A DNA stretch of 64,000 nt from positions 444 to 64,443 of the IMG/VR virus record IMGVR_UViG_2695420965_000002. One strand, 5' to 3'. The notes beneath the pieces are model-generated. The model did no database searches and was not told the origin of the DNA. It saw nothing but the letters and a program-made list of their open reading frames with translations. This document shows, piece by piece, positions 1 through 8,803 of this stretch; position 1 is the first letter of the stretch; each line of letters starts with the position of its first letter. A program made the translations under genes and the position numbers. This DNA comes from a virus. Its lineage: Duplodnaviria > Caudoviricetes.

Positions 1-148
1 TCTGCTTGACCCGCATCGCGTCACAGAAAACCGAGAGGAGAAGAAGCTCCCCTCGGCCGCTGATCGCGAGCTTGTCGAACGGCTGCGCCGGGATTCCGAT
101 TTCCTTTCCGACGAACTCGATGTCGCCGAACAGCCTTTCGCTACTCAT
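1..148 (-). CDS. hypothetical protein, 5' part (runs off the window)
   Basis: ATG at 148 opens MSSERLFGDIEFVGKEIG... with no stop before base 1; overlaps the stop of the upstream ORF. Confidence 0.55.
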   Translation of the reverse strand, partial: MSSERLFGDIEFVGKEIGIPAQPFDKLAISGRGELLLLSVFCDAMRVKQ

Positions 149-335
149 TGATCCCTCTTGTGTTCAGTTGAAATTTCCGGTGAAGCGCGACAGCCAGAAG
201 CTCGCCAAATAGTTCTGCCGGCAGTTTCCCTTTCTCTTCGGCCATCAAAATGAACTCGGTGCGGCCGAGGCTGTGAGCGAAGTAGTACCCCTCGATAAAC
301 GCAGCCAGTAACTCCAGGGTCGGCTGCGCTTTCAC
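141..335 (-). CDS. hypothetical protein
   Basis: GTG start overlapping the resolvase stop (GTGA); 3' part of ORF 141..410. Confidence 0.5.
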   Translation of the reverse strand: MKAQPTLELLAAFIEGYYFAHSLGRTEFILMAEEKGKLPAELFGELLAVALHRKFQLNTRGINE

Positions 336-1084
336 CTGTTCCCGCGTTGTTCCTGAAGCTGGAGCATCAACTCCGCTTTGCACGCTCGCCTGATCCGTTC
401 CAGATTCCATGGTCCCCCATCTTTCGTCTTGATCTTAAGGTTGTACATGAGATGGTTTCTGATCTCATCCCAACTCAGCGGTTGATCCTGCATTCGCCAG
501 GACACGATCGAACGCATAACGTTACGCTCGTCGTCGTCGCGCTCGCGGACCTTGGTCCACTTGCCGTCGATCTGCACTTTCTTCCAGCGGAATCCGTAGC
601 CGGGGTGCCGGGTGTGGATAATATTTCGGGCCTTACGCTTAGCCAGCCCATCCTTCGTCCTCTCAGAGATGAAGGCCCGCTCCAGTTCGGCGAACGCAGC
701 GAGGATATGGATCAAGAACCGACCCATCGATGAAGATAGGTCAATCGCCCCGCCCATCAGGTTAACGATGTGCAGCCGGATGCCCATTCGCTCGAACTTC
801 TCCAGGACAAGCACGCAGTCGGAGAGCTTACGGAATGCCCGGTCGAGCTTAGGCAAGATGACGTGGTCGCCGGCCCTAAGTTGCTTGAAAAGCTCCCTCC
901 CGGCGTCTCGCTGATCCCAGCAAATCTTACCCGAGGTCGCGGCGTCCACGAAGAATGTGACATCGCCGAGATTCAGGAGATTCGCATACTTTCGCAAGTT
1001 CTCCTTCTGGGTGTCCGGCGAGTCGATCTGCTTCTTCGTGGAGGCCCTCGCGTACCCGAAACACCGAGGCGCTCGCTCGCTCAT
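332..1084 (-). CDS. serine recombinase, resolvase/invertase family
   Basis: N-terminal YARAST..Q catalytic motif, KLDRAFR, ILAAFAELERAFISERT; start at ATG 1084 after a GGAGAG RBS. Confidence 0.9.
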   Translation of the reverse strand: MSERAPRCFGYARASTKKQIDSPDTQKENLRKYANLLNLGDVTFFVDAATSGKICWDQRDAGRELFKQLRAGDHVILPKLDRAFRKLSDCVLVLEKFERMGIRLHIVNLMGGAIDLSSSMGRFLIHILAAFAELERAFISERTKDGLAKRKARNIIHTRHPGYGFRWKKVQIDGKWTKVRERDDDERNVMRSIVSWRMQDQPLSWDEIRNHLMYNLKIKTKDGGPWNLERIRRACKAELMLQLQEQRGNR

Positions 1085-1319
1085 AATTCTCTCTCCTTGT
1101 TGTTTGATAACCGACGTCAAGAAATGCCACCTGCTTACGAAGCGACTCAGACTCCTCGGCGTCATCGCTCCTGGCGACATGCCCGCCGAACGTCCAAGAC
1201 CACGCTTTGCCGTCAACGATGTAGTAGCGCACATCTGCGATCCAGCCGATGAATTTAGCATGCTTCGATTGAAGCATGCCAATCGCGTTGTCTACACACT
1301 CGGGTTTGATCGTGATCAT
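927..1319 (-). CDS. hypothetical protein
   Basis: ATGA coupling to the upstream ORF; 3' end overlaps the resolvase, so the extent is uncertain. Confidence 0.4.
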   Translation of the reverse strand: MITIKPECVDNAIGMLQSKHAKFIGWIADVRYYIVDGKAWSWTFGGHVARSDDAEESESLRKQVAFLDVGYQTTRRENYERASASVFRVREGLHEEADRLAGHPEGELAKVCESPESRRCHILRGRRDLG

Positions 1320-1543
1320 AGCATTCTCGTGATATCGATCTTGAGTTCGGGGGTCTTCAGGGAGCGGACGGAAGCACAGAATTCCTCCATCCCGTCAATC
1401 ACCTCGGCCACCTTCTCGTTAAGGCTGTGTTGGTCAATATAAACCTGGAGTGTGTACTTCCTCCCGTTCTTTTCGACGGTTTGCCAAACCACGGGGCCTT
1501 GGCGGTGGTGTCTCGAAAGCGGCGTACTAAGCTTCGCGCTCAT
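1316..1543 (-). CDS. hypothetical protein
   Basis: ORF with 4-bp overlaps to both neighbours. Confidence 0.6.
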   Translation of the reverse strand: MSAKLSTPLSRHHRQGPVVWQTVEKNGRKYTLQVYIDQHSLNEKVAEVIDGMEEFCASVRSLKTPELKIDITRML

Positions 1544-1812
1544 GAATCCTCCTCTTCGTTCTCGTAATTCTCTTCTTCGGGGAGTTCCTCAATCACCAGA
1601 ACTCCTTCGTTGTCCCCAATCATGAAGGCGTCCTCGCCTGTCTCAAGCTCCCACTTTCGCCCCTTCTCAAGCACAGCGACGGGATACTCCATAACGTTTC
1701 TGTGCCGTCGGATTTTGCGCGATGCCCTCGCCCGGCACACTTCCATCGTGCCCTCGCCGATCAGGTCGTCGCGCCCGCCTGAGTATGGGTAAAGTCGCAA
1801 CCTGTAACTCAC
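1540..1812 (-). CDS. hypothetical protein with acidic tail
   Basis: coupled ORF in the operon. Confidence 0.65.
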   Translation of the reverse strand: MSYRLRLYPYSGGRDDLIGEGTMEVCRARASRKIRRHRNVMEYPVAVLEKGRKWELETGEDAFMIGDNEGVLVIEELPEEENYENEEEDS

Positions 1813-3011
1813 TCGTCCACCTCCTCTGTGCCGTCCGCGACCTTGTCCTGCGGCTCGTTACTGAACGTCTGGATGACTCCGTTCTGTTCGACCACGCGGA
1901 TGACCGTGATCATCCGCTCGCTGTAGACATCCTTCGTGGTAACAGCCCCAGTGTCGGGGTTCGACTCGCTTTTCGACTGTTCCTTGTTGTGGTACTCAAC
2001 CTTGTGCGACGATCCGCGAACGACGTGGACGCCATACGGCCCCTCAACCGGGCCGTCCAGCATTCCGGAGGCGAGAATCAGACCTAGGTGTCCCTTGTCG
2101 AGCGGCAGCGGCGGGGAGTTCGGAGGCGGTATCTTAACCTCTTTCAATTGCTTGTTGAGCGGGCTGTCAGCAACCGCCTCGCGAAGCTCGTCATCAGTGA
2201 ACATCGTCTTCCTGAAGACGTTCGGCTTCCACGAGAGCGGGATCTCCCAGGTCCGGATATCCTCTTCGCGGTCATAGCTCGGATGGCTACCGTTCCATCC
2301 TTTCGGCTGCACCATGCCGAGCGCCGGCAATGACTCGATCGAGAGGTAGCCACGCCATCTCATCTCCATCTGGTGGAGCTTGCCGTGGTTCTGGGCCGCT
2401 TCACTCGGAAGCACATCTTTGCGCTTCCGGCCAATGACGACGATCTCGCGGTACGGCCGGATCAGGTTGCCGGCCTCGTCTTCGCCATCAGGGAACTTGT
2501 AGACCGCCACGTCCTCGTAGTGGGCGTCGATGTACTCAACGAAGTTGCCGTTGCCACACAAGGCGGTGAACGGGCAGACGAGAACGAGAATGCCCTTTTG
2601 CCCAAGGAGCCGAGTCGCCTTCTCTGTGAAGCCCTGCTCTTCGCGTTTCCCGCCCCCGAGTTCACTGTCAAACGGCGGGTTGACGTAGGCGAGGCCGAAC
2701 GAGAAACCAGTGATCTGAACCCCGGTGAAGCTCGCCGGCCCGATGTGATTCGACATCGGCATCAGCTTCAGGATGTCCTTCGACCGCTCCGAGTCCAGCT
2801 CGATCGAGTAGACGTGTTCCTCGGGGACGGCCAGGGCATCAGCCAACTGCTTGATCGCTAGGCCCTTGCCGGCGCAAGGGTCGATAATATTGATGGTGTC
2901 GTACTTCTTCGCGGGGTCCAGCGATCGGCAATACAGGTGCTTAGAAAGCTCGGCGATCGCCATCGTATGGGCTGGGTAGAAACCAGCCTTCGCTTGAGCA
3001 GCAAGCCTCAT
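1809..3011 (-). CDS. DUF6094-type SAM-dependent (N6-adenine-like) methyltransferase
   Basis: MRLAAQAKAGFYP N-terminus, motif I DPCAGKG, IELD, motif IV NPPF. Confidence 0.8.
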   Translation of the reverse strand: MRLAAQAKAGFYPAHTMAIAELSKHLYCRSLDPAKKYDTINIIDPCAGKGLAIKQLADALAVPEEHVYSIELDSERSKDILKLMPMSNHIGPASFTGVQITGFSFGLAYVNPPFDSELGGGKREEQGFTEKATRLLGQKGILVLVCPFTALCGNGNFVEYIDAHYEDVAVYKFPDGEDEAGNLIRPYREIVVIGRKRKDVLPSEAAQNHGKLHQMEMRWRGYLSIESLPALGMVQPKGWNGSHPSYDREEDIRTWEIPLSWKPNVFRKTMFTDDELREAVADSPLNKQLKEVKIPPPNSPPLPLDKGHLGLILASGMLDGPVEGPYGVHVVRGSSHKVEYHNKEQSKSESNPDTGAVTTKDVYSERMITVIRVVEQNGVIQTFSNEPQDKVADGTEEVDE

Positions 3012-3112
3012 GGTTTCCTCCTACAGACGAAGCAGAGAGACGCCACGAACCACGTCATGAATGAGCCCGTGGCGAGATTGTCCAGCAGTTGAATCCATTC
3101 AGCCGGTATCAT
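3008..3112 (-). CDS. 34-aa small membrane protein (not in the ORF track)
   Basis: MIPAEWIQLLDNLATGSFMTWFVASLCFVCRRKP*; TAATG overlap upstream, ATGA overlap downstream; hydrophobic stretch with basic tail. Confidence 0.6.
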   Translation of the reverse strand: MIPAEWIQLLDNLATGSFMTWFVASLCFVCRRKP

Positions 3113-3420
3113 TAGTCGCTATCCTCTTGGAGATCGCTGGCCCGCAGGATGCGGTCCTTCTTGGGGCTGCATTTGCTGCTGTCAGTGATCCGAAGGCCGG
3201 TCGGCTGAACGCTGTCCTCATCGGAAGAGGTCTGCTGCGTTTTGTCTTCCATGTCCTCCCAGCGGCAGTATGCGTCAATCGCGTCGCCCTCGTGGCTGAG
3301 CTTCTCGACAGCATCCTCTGCTGCCTCGATAGTTTCAGCCTCCACCCAGATCCTTGACTCCTGGGTGACACTGAAAGTGCGGTCAATGTCTCGCTCGACT
3401 GTCACGAAGAATAGAGGCAT
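3112..3420 (-). CDS. hypothetical acidic protein
   Basis: ORF with RBS (GGAG) in the operon. Confidence 0.65.
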   Translation of the reverse strand: MPLFFVTVERDIDRTFSVTQESRIWVEAETIEAAEDAVEKLSHEGDAIDAYCRWEDMEDKTQQTSSDEDSVQPTGLRITDSSKCSPKKDRILRASDLQEDSD

Positions 3421-3422
3421 GC

Positions 3423-3746
3423 CTACTCCTGGGGATGAGTGCAGAGCGTGAGTGACTGGTGGGTTTCATGGTCGTCGCCCCACTCGACGTGCTCGACGTA
3501 GATGAGGCGTTCGCAGCCGTTGCAAACGATGGCGTCGTCGGATTTGATAGCGATCATGTCGACGTGCCATTTGAAGATGCGAAACTCGTAGTAGCAGTGA
3601 GGACATCGGAGGCTCGGCCAATCACTGATGCCCCGGTCGGGACGATTGAGCGAGAGGGCCTTGGCTGTCGCGAAGCCGATGTGGTTGGTCGTGATCTCGA
3701 ACTTGCGGCAGATTTCTTCGTCGCTCAAAGGTGGATTCTTAAACAT
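3423..3746 (-). CDS. zinc-ribbon protein
   Basis: CPHC...CNGC pairs; GGAGG RBS before ATG 3746. Confidence 0.65.
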   Translation of the reverse strand: MFKNPPLSDEEICRKFEITTNHIGFATAKALSLNRPDRGISDWPSLRCPHCYYEFRIFKWHVDMIAIKSDDAIVCNGCERLIYVEHVEWGDDHETHQSLTLCTHPQE

Positions 3747-4152
3747 AAGCCCTCCGTTTCCTTGATGGCTGCGACAGGGTTTTCTCAACGCTCCACCCAA
3801 GAATATGGAGCCTATTCCAGATGGTCTTGAAGCTGACCCCGGAGTGGGCTGCCCACTCGGTGTAAGTCTTCGACTGCCCATTGAATTCGATGCGATGCGA
3901 CTGTTGGTCACGAGGTTTTGGGGTAGGAGGTACGCGGCGTTCCAGCTTCTCGATCAGCTCGACGGTTCCTGAGATGACGTCCGGATGCTGCATCAGCCTG
4001 AGCATGTACTGCTCTGCCTTCCAGTCGACGTAGATCGGGCGTGATGTGACTTGCCGCCTCTCGCCTTGCCGGCCGCGAGCATGGTCCCACGGCTCAATCA
4101 CGTACCGAACGTAATACGCCATCTTAGTCTTGGAGTTCGTTGCTGTTGCCAT
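3739..4152 (-). CDS. putative DNA-binding protein (HTH of the type found C-terminal in phage HNH endonucleases)
   Basis: IEFNGQSKTYTEWA...TIWNRL..GWSVEKTL motif; no HNH core visible. Confidence 0.6.
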   Translation of the reverse strand: MATATNSKTKMAYYVRYVIEPWDHARGRQGERRQVTSRPIYVDWKAEQYMLRLMQHPDVISGTVELIEKLERRVPPTPKPRDQQSHRIEFNGQSKTYTEWAAHSGVSFKTIWNRLHILGWSVEKTLSQPSRKRRAYV

Positions 4153-4654
4153 CTTTGAGTTTCTCCAACTCCGCAGGAGGAATACATTGGCCTAACAATA
4201 GGAACACCTTTGAGTCTTCACGAGGATCGTCGAACTCACCGCGTGCGTAGCCCATCAGTAAGGAACGCACGGACTCCATGAACGCAACCGGATCAGCAAC
4301 GCCGGCCAGCGCGTTCACGCAGTCCACAATCCTCTTGGAGATTTGCTCTTGGTTGGGAGAGCCTTCAGGAAGTCCAAGAGCGCGGTTGATGGTGATGATC
4401 CGCTGGTCTGTCCAAACCCTGGTCTCGCCATTCCGGCAACGCTTAATCACCAGGGGCTCGTCAGCCATCCTTGAGCCCCAGATCACCCAATCGGCTCCCT
4501 GGTCAAGCCTCTGCCAGCTATCCACGATGGACTCAGCAACGCCCTCGGGATAATTCGTAGGCATGCCATCAGGGAAAGGATGGGGTCCGAGAAACGGATC
4601 CTTTTTTGCAGTCCAAGGCTCGAAGTAGAAGCGGGGTTTAACACGCTTAGCCAT
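4124..4654 (-). CDS. hypothetical protein
   Basis: ORF with RBS. Confidence 0.65.
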   Translation of the reverse strand: MAKRVKPRFYFEPWTAKKDPFLGPHPFPDGMPTNYPEGVAESIVDSWQRLDQGADWVIWGSRMADEPLVIKRCRNGETRVWTDQRIITINRALGLPEGSPNQEQISKRIVDCVNALAGVADPVAFMESVRSLLMGYARGEFDDPREDSKVFLLLGQCIPPAELEKLKDGNSNELQD

Positions 4655-4711
4655 GAGGGCTCTCCTATGCCTAAAAGGCGTTCAGGAGAGCATACCCAAG
4701 CTTAATGTTTG

Positions 4712-5227
4712 TCACCCCGATCCGGTTGCCTCTAGTTTCCCTCTGAGAGCCTTGAGGGCCGCGTCATGGATCTTGCGGCCGTGCCTGGCACCATGCCCGA
4801 GCGCCACACCCGCCTCGCTCGGCGACATGTTCATCTTGTAGACCAACGAGCAAATCTCTCGCTGCTTCTTTGGGAGAACTTTCAAGAGACTCGCGAAGTG
4901 ATCGTCGGACTCGCGATCGAGCGTCTCGTTGCTCGTGTCCACGATCTCAGATAACTCCTCGGGCGTTGCCAGCTCGCAGCGTTCCGGGCCGAGCTTTCTA
5001 AGGTAATCCTTAATCTCTCCGCGAATCTGCAGCCCTGCCCATCGCTTCCAGACTCCGTTCTTATTAGGCTCGAAACTCGCAGCGGCACGCACGACACCTA
5101 AGGTTGCCCGACTCTTGAGTTCGTCCTCATGAAGCGGGTAGATACGTGCGTACCGCCTGGCGATGTGTTCCGCCCGGCTGACTGACTTTTCTGCGAGAGC
5201 TTTCTTTTCTTCAGTCAGACGATCCAT
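4712..5227 (-). CDS. sigma-70 family RNA polymerase sigma factor (regions 2 and 4)
   Basis: DELKSRATLGVVRAAASFEP...WAGLQIRGEIKDYLR (region 2); LPKKQREICSL...SPSEAGVALG (region 4 HTH). Confidence 0.8.
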   Translation of the reverse strand: MDRLTEEKKALAEKSVSRAEHIARRYARIYPLHEDELKSRATLGVVRAAASFEPNKNGVWKRWAGLQIRGEIKDYLRKLGPERCELATPEELSEIVDTSNETLDRESDDHFASLLKVLPKKQREICSLVYKMNMSPSEAGVALGHGARHGRKIHDAALKALRGKLEATGSG

Positions 5228-5239
5228 CAGAACTCCCTA

Positions 5240-5605
5240 TCAGATGTCTTCGTCGTCGTCGTCCAGGGGCTCCAGGTCGTCATCTTCGTCGACTCCGAAC
5301 TCTTCCGCAGAGGCGGGGCCGCGAGTGTAGTCGAGAGGTGTTTCGTCGAGGCTGTCCATTTCGTCCTCGTCGACACCAAACTCCTCATTGCTCGGCCCCC
5401 GGCTGTAGTCGATGGGCGTCGTGTCGTTACACTCGTAGGATCGCTCGTCTCGGGTGTCCGGACGGCTCAGAAGCTCGTCGATATCCCGATGATCGCGCTC
5501 CTCCTGCTCTTCCTCGCTGAAGTGCCGAGAGGATTTCGCTGACTCGACGAAGCGATCCTCGTTGTAGATGATCGGGATTTCCCAGGGTTTACGATCGCGG
5601 CTCAT
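5240..5605 (-). CDS. highly acidic hypothetical protein with internal repeat (TPxDYxRGP..EEFGVDED x2)
   Basis: ORF with GAGGAG RBS; D/E-rich. Confidence 0.6.
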   Translation of the reverse strand: MSRDRKPWEIPIIYNEDRFVESAKSSRHFSEEEQEERDHRDIDELLSRPDTRDERSYECNDTTPIDYSRGPSNEEFGVDEDEMDSLDETPLDYTRGPASAEEFGVDEDDDLEPLDDDDEDI

Positions 5606-5777
5606 GCTGCTCTCCTCGCTCGGTTGCTGGATCGGAACTGCTGGAGGACACGGTTCAAGTGCAGCATGACGCTCACTGGAGCAATACTGCACTCGATGAT
5701 ATAAGCATTGCCACGATAGGCGAATGCGCGTCGACGACGCTCTTCTTTTGTTCTCAAAGTCAGTTCTCCGGGTTTGG

Positions 5778-5796
5778 ATTTGTCAGTCTGAAGAAT
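5778..5796. promoter_or_regulatory. 19-bp palindromic site, copy 1 (ATTTGTCAGTCTGAAGAAT)
   Basis: one of 8 near-identical copies in the window; intergenic. Confidence 0.75.
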
Positions 5797-5800
5797 TGAG

Positions 5801-5983
5801 CTACTTCGCTACTCGGCTTGATTGGTTGAGCGATTTCGCGATGAATTTTGCGTCGGATTCGCTTGCGGTCCACGCAACCGCACGAACGAATCCTTTTCCG
5901 TCTTGCTTCTCGAAGACGCTCCAGCTAAGCGTGGGCGGTGTGGCCTCCTTGGACCGCTTCATCCTGCGAGCCACGAAAGACAT
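5801..5983 (-). CDS. hypothetical protein
   Basis: TGATG-coupled small ORF. Confidence 0.55.
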   Translation of the reverse strand: MSFVARRMKRSKEATPPTLSWSVFEKQDGKGFVRAVAWTASESDAKFIAKSLNQSSRVAK

Positions 5984-6498
5984 CAGTACCCCGCTTGGTC
6001 TGGGTCGTCACCAGGATCGCTTCCGCTGCCTGGCTCGTAGTGAGGCTGGTAATCCGCGTGAGGTTTGTAATCCGCAGTCATCGCCGCTATATGCTGCCCG
6101 TGTCCCGAGTTACGATCCACAAGCAGAGCCTCCAGCGACTTCACCTTGTGACTGAGTTGCTGATTAACCATTCGGGCTACGCCGTCCCCGTTCCTCAGGC
6201 GTCCCTCAAGCTCCTTGATCTTCACCTTGAGATCGTAGTTTTCGTCCTTGAGCTTCTTGACCCGTGACGGCTCCTCGTTGCAGAGCGATTCGGGCCAGCC
6301 GAGTGCCACCTTGACACGGTTGCCGCCCTGCGCGGCCTGGTCGCAGTCTTCTACCGATTCTCCATATGTGACGACATGGGTCTTCTTGCCGTCCCACGCC
6401 AGGACGATAACTTGACTACATCCATGAGCCTTAGCGATGTCGCTCGCCGCCAGGATCGGGATTCGGTTTGGCATGCTACTGACCTTCCTCTCGTCCAC
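5983..6498 (-). CDS. hypothetical protein with coiled coil
   Basis: ORF; start may be ATG 6474. Confidence 0.65.
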   Translation of the reverse strand: MDERKVSSMPNRIPILAASDIAKAHGCSQVIVLAWDGKKTHVVTYGESVEDCDQAAQGGNRVKVALGWPESLCNEEPSRVKKLKDENYDLKVKIKELEGRLRNGDGVARMVNQQLSHKVKSLEALLVDRNSGHGQHIAAMTADYKPHADYQPHYEPGSGSDPGDDPDQAGY

Positions 6499-6781
6499 GA
6501 TAAGCGGCTCCAGGAATCACCTGGAACCCGTTGTCGTACAGGAACTTACGGACTACGGTGGCCGTCGCGACTGCGCGTTCGTACTCGTCAATAAAATGCT
6601 TCAGCCCGGTGTCTGCGAGCATGTTTGGGATTTTGCGAGGGTCACGCGGAATGTGGAGTTCGTGGGAAACGCTGCCGTGGCAGAAAATGTACCCCTCGAT
6701 TCCCTGCTGTCCGAGTTCTATGATCGCGTTACACGCCGTCATGTTGACGTGAACGTGGCCTACCTTGACCCAAGTTTTCAT
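6476..6781 (-). CDS. hypothetical protein
   Basis: ATGA-coupled start at 6781 (MKTWVKV...). Confidence 0.55.
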   Translation of the reverse strand: MKTWVKVGHVHVNMTACNAIIELGQQGIEGYIFCHGSVSHELHIPRDPRKIPNMLADTGLKHFIDEYERAVATATVVRKFLYDNGFQVIPGAAYRGREEGQ

Positions 6782-6987
6782 TGGCTTTGTCTGGCTCCCT
6801 TGATCTTGAAGTTGATACACACGTTGATAACGGGATTGTCCTGTGTGTCCCATTCGCTGATCGCGGCGTTGATCGCCTCGCGAATTGACACGAACTTAGC
6901 GAACCGCTTCGGGAGGTGAATGTTGCCCACCTGGCGATGCAGGCAGATCGCCAGCTCGCCAGGTGTCGAAGGGACGACTCGCTTCAT
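6778..6987 (-). CDS. hypothetical protein
   Basis: ORF with GAGG RBS. Confidence 0.55.
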   Translation of the reverse strand: MKRVVPSTPGELAICLHRQVGNIHLPKRFAKFVSIREAINAAISEWDTQDNPVINVCINFKIKGARQSQ

Positions 6988-7002
6988 AAAGTGGTTTTAA
7001 CC

Positions 7003-7341
7003 TCAGTTTCCGGCGACCGTCTCCGCCGACTCTGGCTGCAACTGCTCAGGAAGATTGCCGGGAGCCTCGCGGACCTCATCGTCTTCAGGTTCCACCCCAA
7101 AGCACTCCTCAGCCTCATCTGCGTAGGCGGCGAGCCGCGTCGCAAGCTCCCTCAGGCCCTTCGGGCTCGACGTGAATCGCAGATCGCAAATCTCGGCAGC
7201 TTTTGAAAGCTTGTCTTCCCTTCCGATTCCGTAGAAAGGCTTACTGCAGATCAAGACAACCTCAACGCAGGGGACCGGCTCGGCGATGCCGTCAAGGATC
7301 AATCCGGACAGGTTGCGTGCAGAACCGATAAACGAAAGCAT
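7003..7341 (-). CDS. hypothetical protein directly downstream of hammerhead HH1
   Basis: GGAG RBS 7 nt before ATG. Confidence 0.65.
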   Translation of the reverse strand: MLSFIGSARNLSGLILDGIAEPVPCVEVVLICSKPFYGIGREDKLSKAAEICDLRFTSSPKGLRELATRLAAYADEAEECFGVEPEDDEVREAPGNLPEQLQPESAETVAGN

Positions 7342-7357
7342 TCGTCAACTCCAAGGT

Positions 7358-7413
7358 GGCCTCATCAGGTGGAAGAATACTCCACGACCGCTCGTCCTTG
7401 AGCGGTTTCGGCC
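7358..7413 (-). ncRNA. type II hammerhead ribozyme HH1
   Basis: minus strand GGCC-GAAA-CCGCUC(aaggac)GAGCGG-UC^-GUGGA(guauucu)UCCAC-CUGAUGA-GGCC; complete core, all three stems pair. Confidence 0.92.
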
Positions 7414-8225
7414 TACGCGGCTCCAGCGACCTGCTTCGTCGCCTTCTTTTCCGAGGCGAGCTTCGGCTTCGCCGCCGGCTTCTTCTTTGGTTTGGCCGGC
7501 GGGAAGACGATAGCGTCACGAGCCGTTACGAGATCGAGGTACATCCGGTACTCAGTGACCTCTTTTGCTGTGTATCCGTTAGAACGGCCGATCGCGCGAA
7601 TGTGTTCCTTCCAGTGTGCGATACTGTGGAACTGGCATCCGATCGACATCATTCCAGCCGAATAATGGCAGACGGCATGTCGTGAGCCCTGGATAAAAAG
7701 GGGAGATTTCTCGAAAACAGCCCCTTCACCGACGCTGGCCCGATCACCGACGCTGGCCCGATCACCGACGCGGGCCCCTTCACCGACGCGGGCCCATGCA
7801 CCGACGCTGGCCCCTTCACCGACGCGGGCCCCTTCGCCGACGCGGGCCCCTTCACCGACGCGGGCCCATGCACCGACGCTGGCCCGATCACCGACGCGGG
7901 CCCCTTCACCGACGCGGGCCCATGCACCGACGCTGGCCCCTTCACCGACGCGGGCCCCTTCGCCGACGCGGGCCCCTTCACCGACGCGGGCCCGATCACC
8001 GACGCGGGCCCCTTCACCGACGCGGGCCCATGCACCGACGCGGGCCCCTTCACCGACGCTGGCCCGATCACCGACGCGGGCCCCTTCACCGACGCTGGCC
8101 TCAATATGAACCCATCCTCCGGTTGAAAGTCGGCTCCAGTCAGAGGATTTCGTGCCAGGGTGGCGGTTAAGAACCCACGACGGCACTTCGGGTTTAACTT
8201 CCTGCTGCTCGATATTCGTTTCCAC
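7413..8225 (-). CDS. hexapeptide-repeat (left-handed beta-helix) protein
   Basis: 21 x A[RS]VG(EG/DR/AW) units followed by a phage-typical IGCQFHSIAHW tail; GTG start after GGAGAG. Confidence 0.8.
   Translation of the reverse strand: METNIEQQEVKPEVPSWVLNRHPGTKSSDWSRLSTGGWVHIEASVGEGARVGDRASVGEGARVGAWARVGEGARVGDRARVGEGARVGEGARVGEGASVGAWARVGEGARVGDRASVGAWARVGEGARVGEGARVGEGASVGAWARVGEGARVGDRASVGDRASVGEGAVFEKSPLFIQGSRHAVCHYSAGMMSIGCQFHSIAHWKEHIRAIGRSNGYTAKEVTEYRMYLDLVTARDAIVFPPAKPKKKPAAKPKLASEKKATKQVAGAA
7722..8099. repeat. 18-bp coding tandem repeat, 21 copies
   Basis: unit approx ccgacgcgggccccttca with a few recurring variants. Confidence 0.95.
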
Positions 8226-8362
8226 TTTTGCACTCTCCGAGTTAAGAAAACATTGGGTCAGATAGATCAGTTCGCATTGCTTCGTTCTGCGGGAAGGCTG
8301 CCCTTGCATTTAGAACGCTAAGAACGCTCCCTAGCTATCGCCGGGAGCGTTTCCGAGACGTA

Positions 8363-8731
8363 CTACGCGGCGTCGAAAGCGGCCAGTTCGTCATCCGAGG
8401 GAAGCGTGCCGGTGGCCGGTTCGGGCGCAGGTTCCGGGGCCGGGGCTGGGGTGGGCTCGGACTTCGCGGACGACTTCTTGGTGGATGTGTCTTCGGTTTG
8501 GGTCGGAGCGGTGGGCTTCAGGGCCAACGCGCCCTTGAAGAGTTGTTTCCCGCCCTTGTCGGGGTCGCCCTCATAGACGCGGATCGTCAGCGCGTCCTCG
8601 TAGAACTCGATCACGATTGGGGCCGGCTCGACACCTGCCGCGCCAATCTCCAGGATATTGCCGTTCTTGCTCACGTTGATCTCAGCCTGCCCGCTCTTAC
8701 GCGGGGCACCGTCTTTCAGGGTGACTTTCAT
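8363..8731 (-). CDS. hypothetical protein with Pro/Ala-rich tail
   Basis: GGAG RBS then ATG 8731 (MKVTLKDG...). Confidence 0.7.
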   Translation of the reverse strand: MKVTLKDGAPRKSGQAEINVSKNGNILEIGAAGVEPAPIVIEFYEDALTIRVYEGDPDKGGKQLFKGALALKPTAPTQTEDTSTKKSSAKSEPTPAPAPEPAPEPATGTLPSDDELAAFDAA

Positions 8732-8752
8732 CGAACTAACTCCAAGCGTCGT

Positions 8753-8803
8753 GGCCTCATCAGTACCGGCACGCACCGGCAGACGCCCGAAGGCGTTTCG
8801 GCC
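8753..8803 (-). ncRNA. type II hammerhead ribozyme HH2
   Basis: GGCC-GAAAC-GCC(uucg)GGC-GUC^-UGCCGG(ugcgug)CCGGUA-CUGAUGA-GGCC. Confidence 0.92.

Noticed and set aside
7722-8099. 18-bp tandem repeat as a CRISPR array or DGR template
   Set aside because: There are no unique spacers, the repeat is in frame within a coding region, and no reverse transcriptase is present
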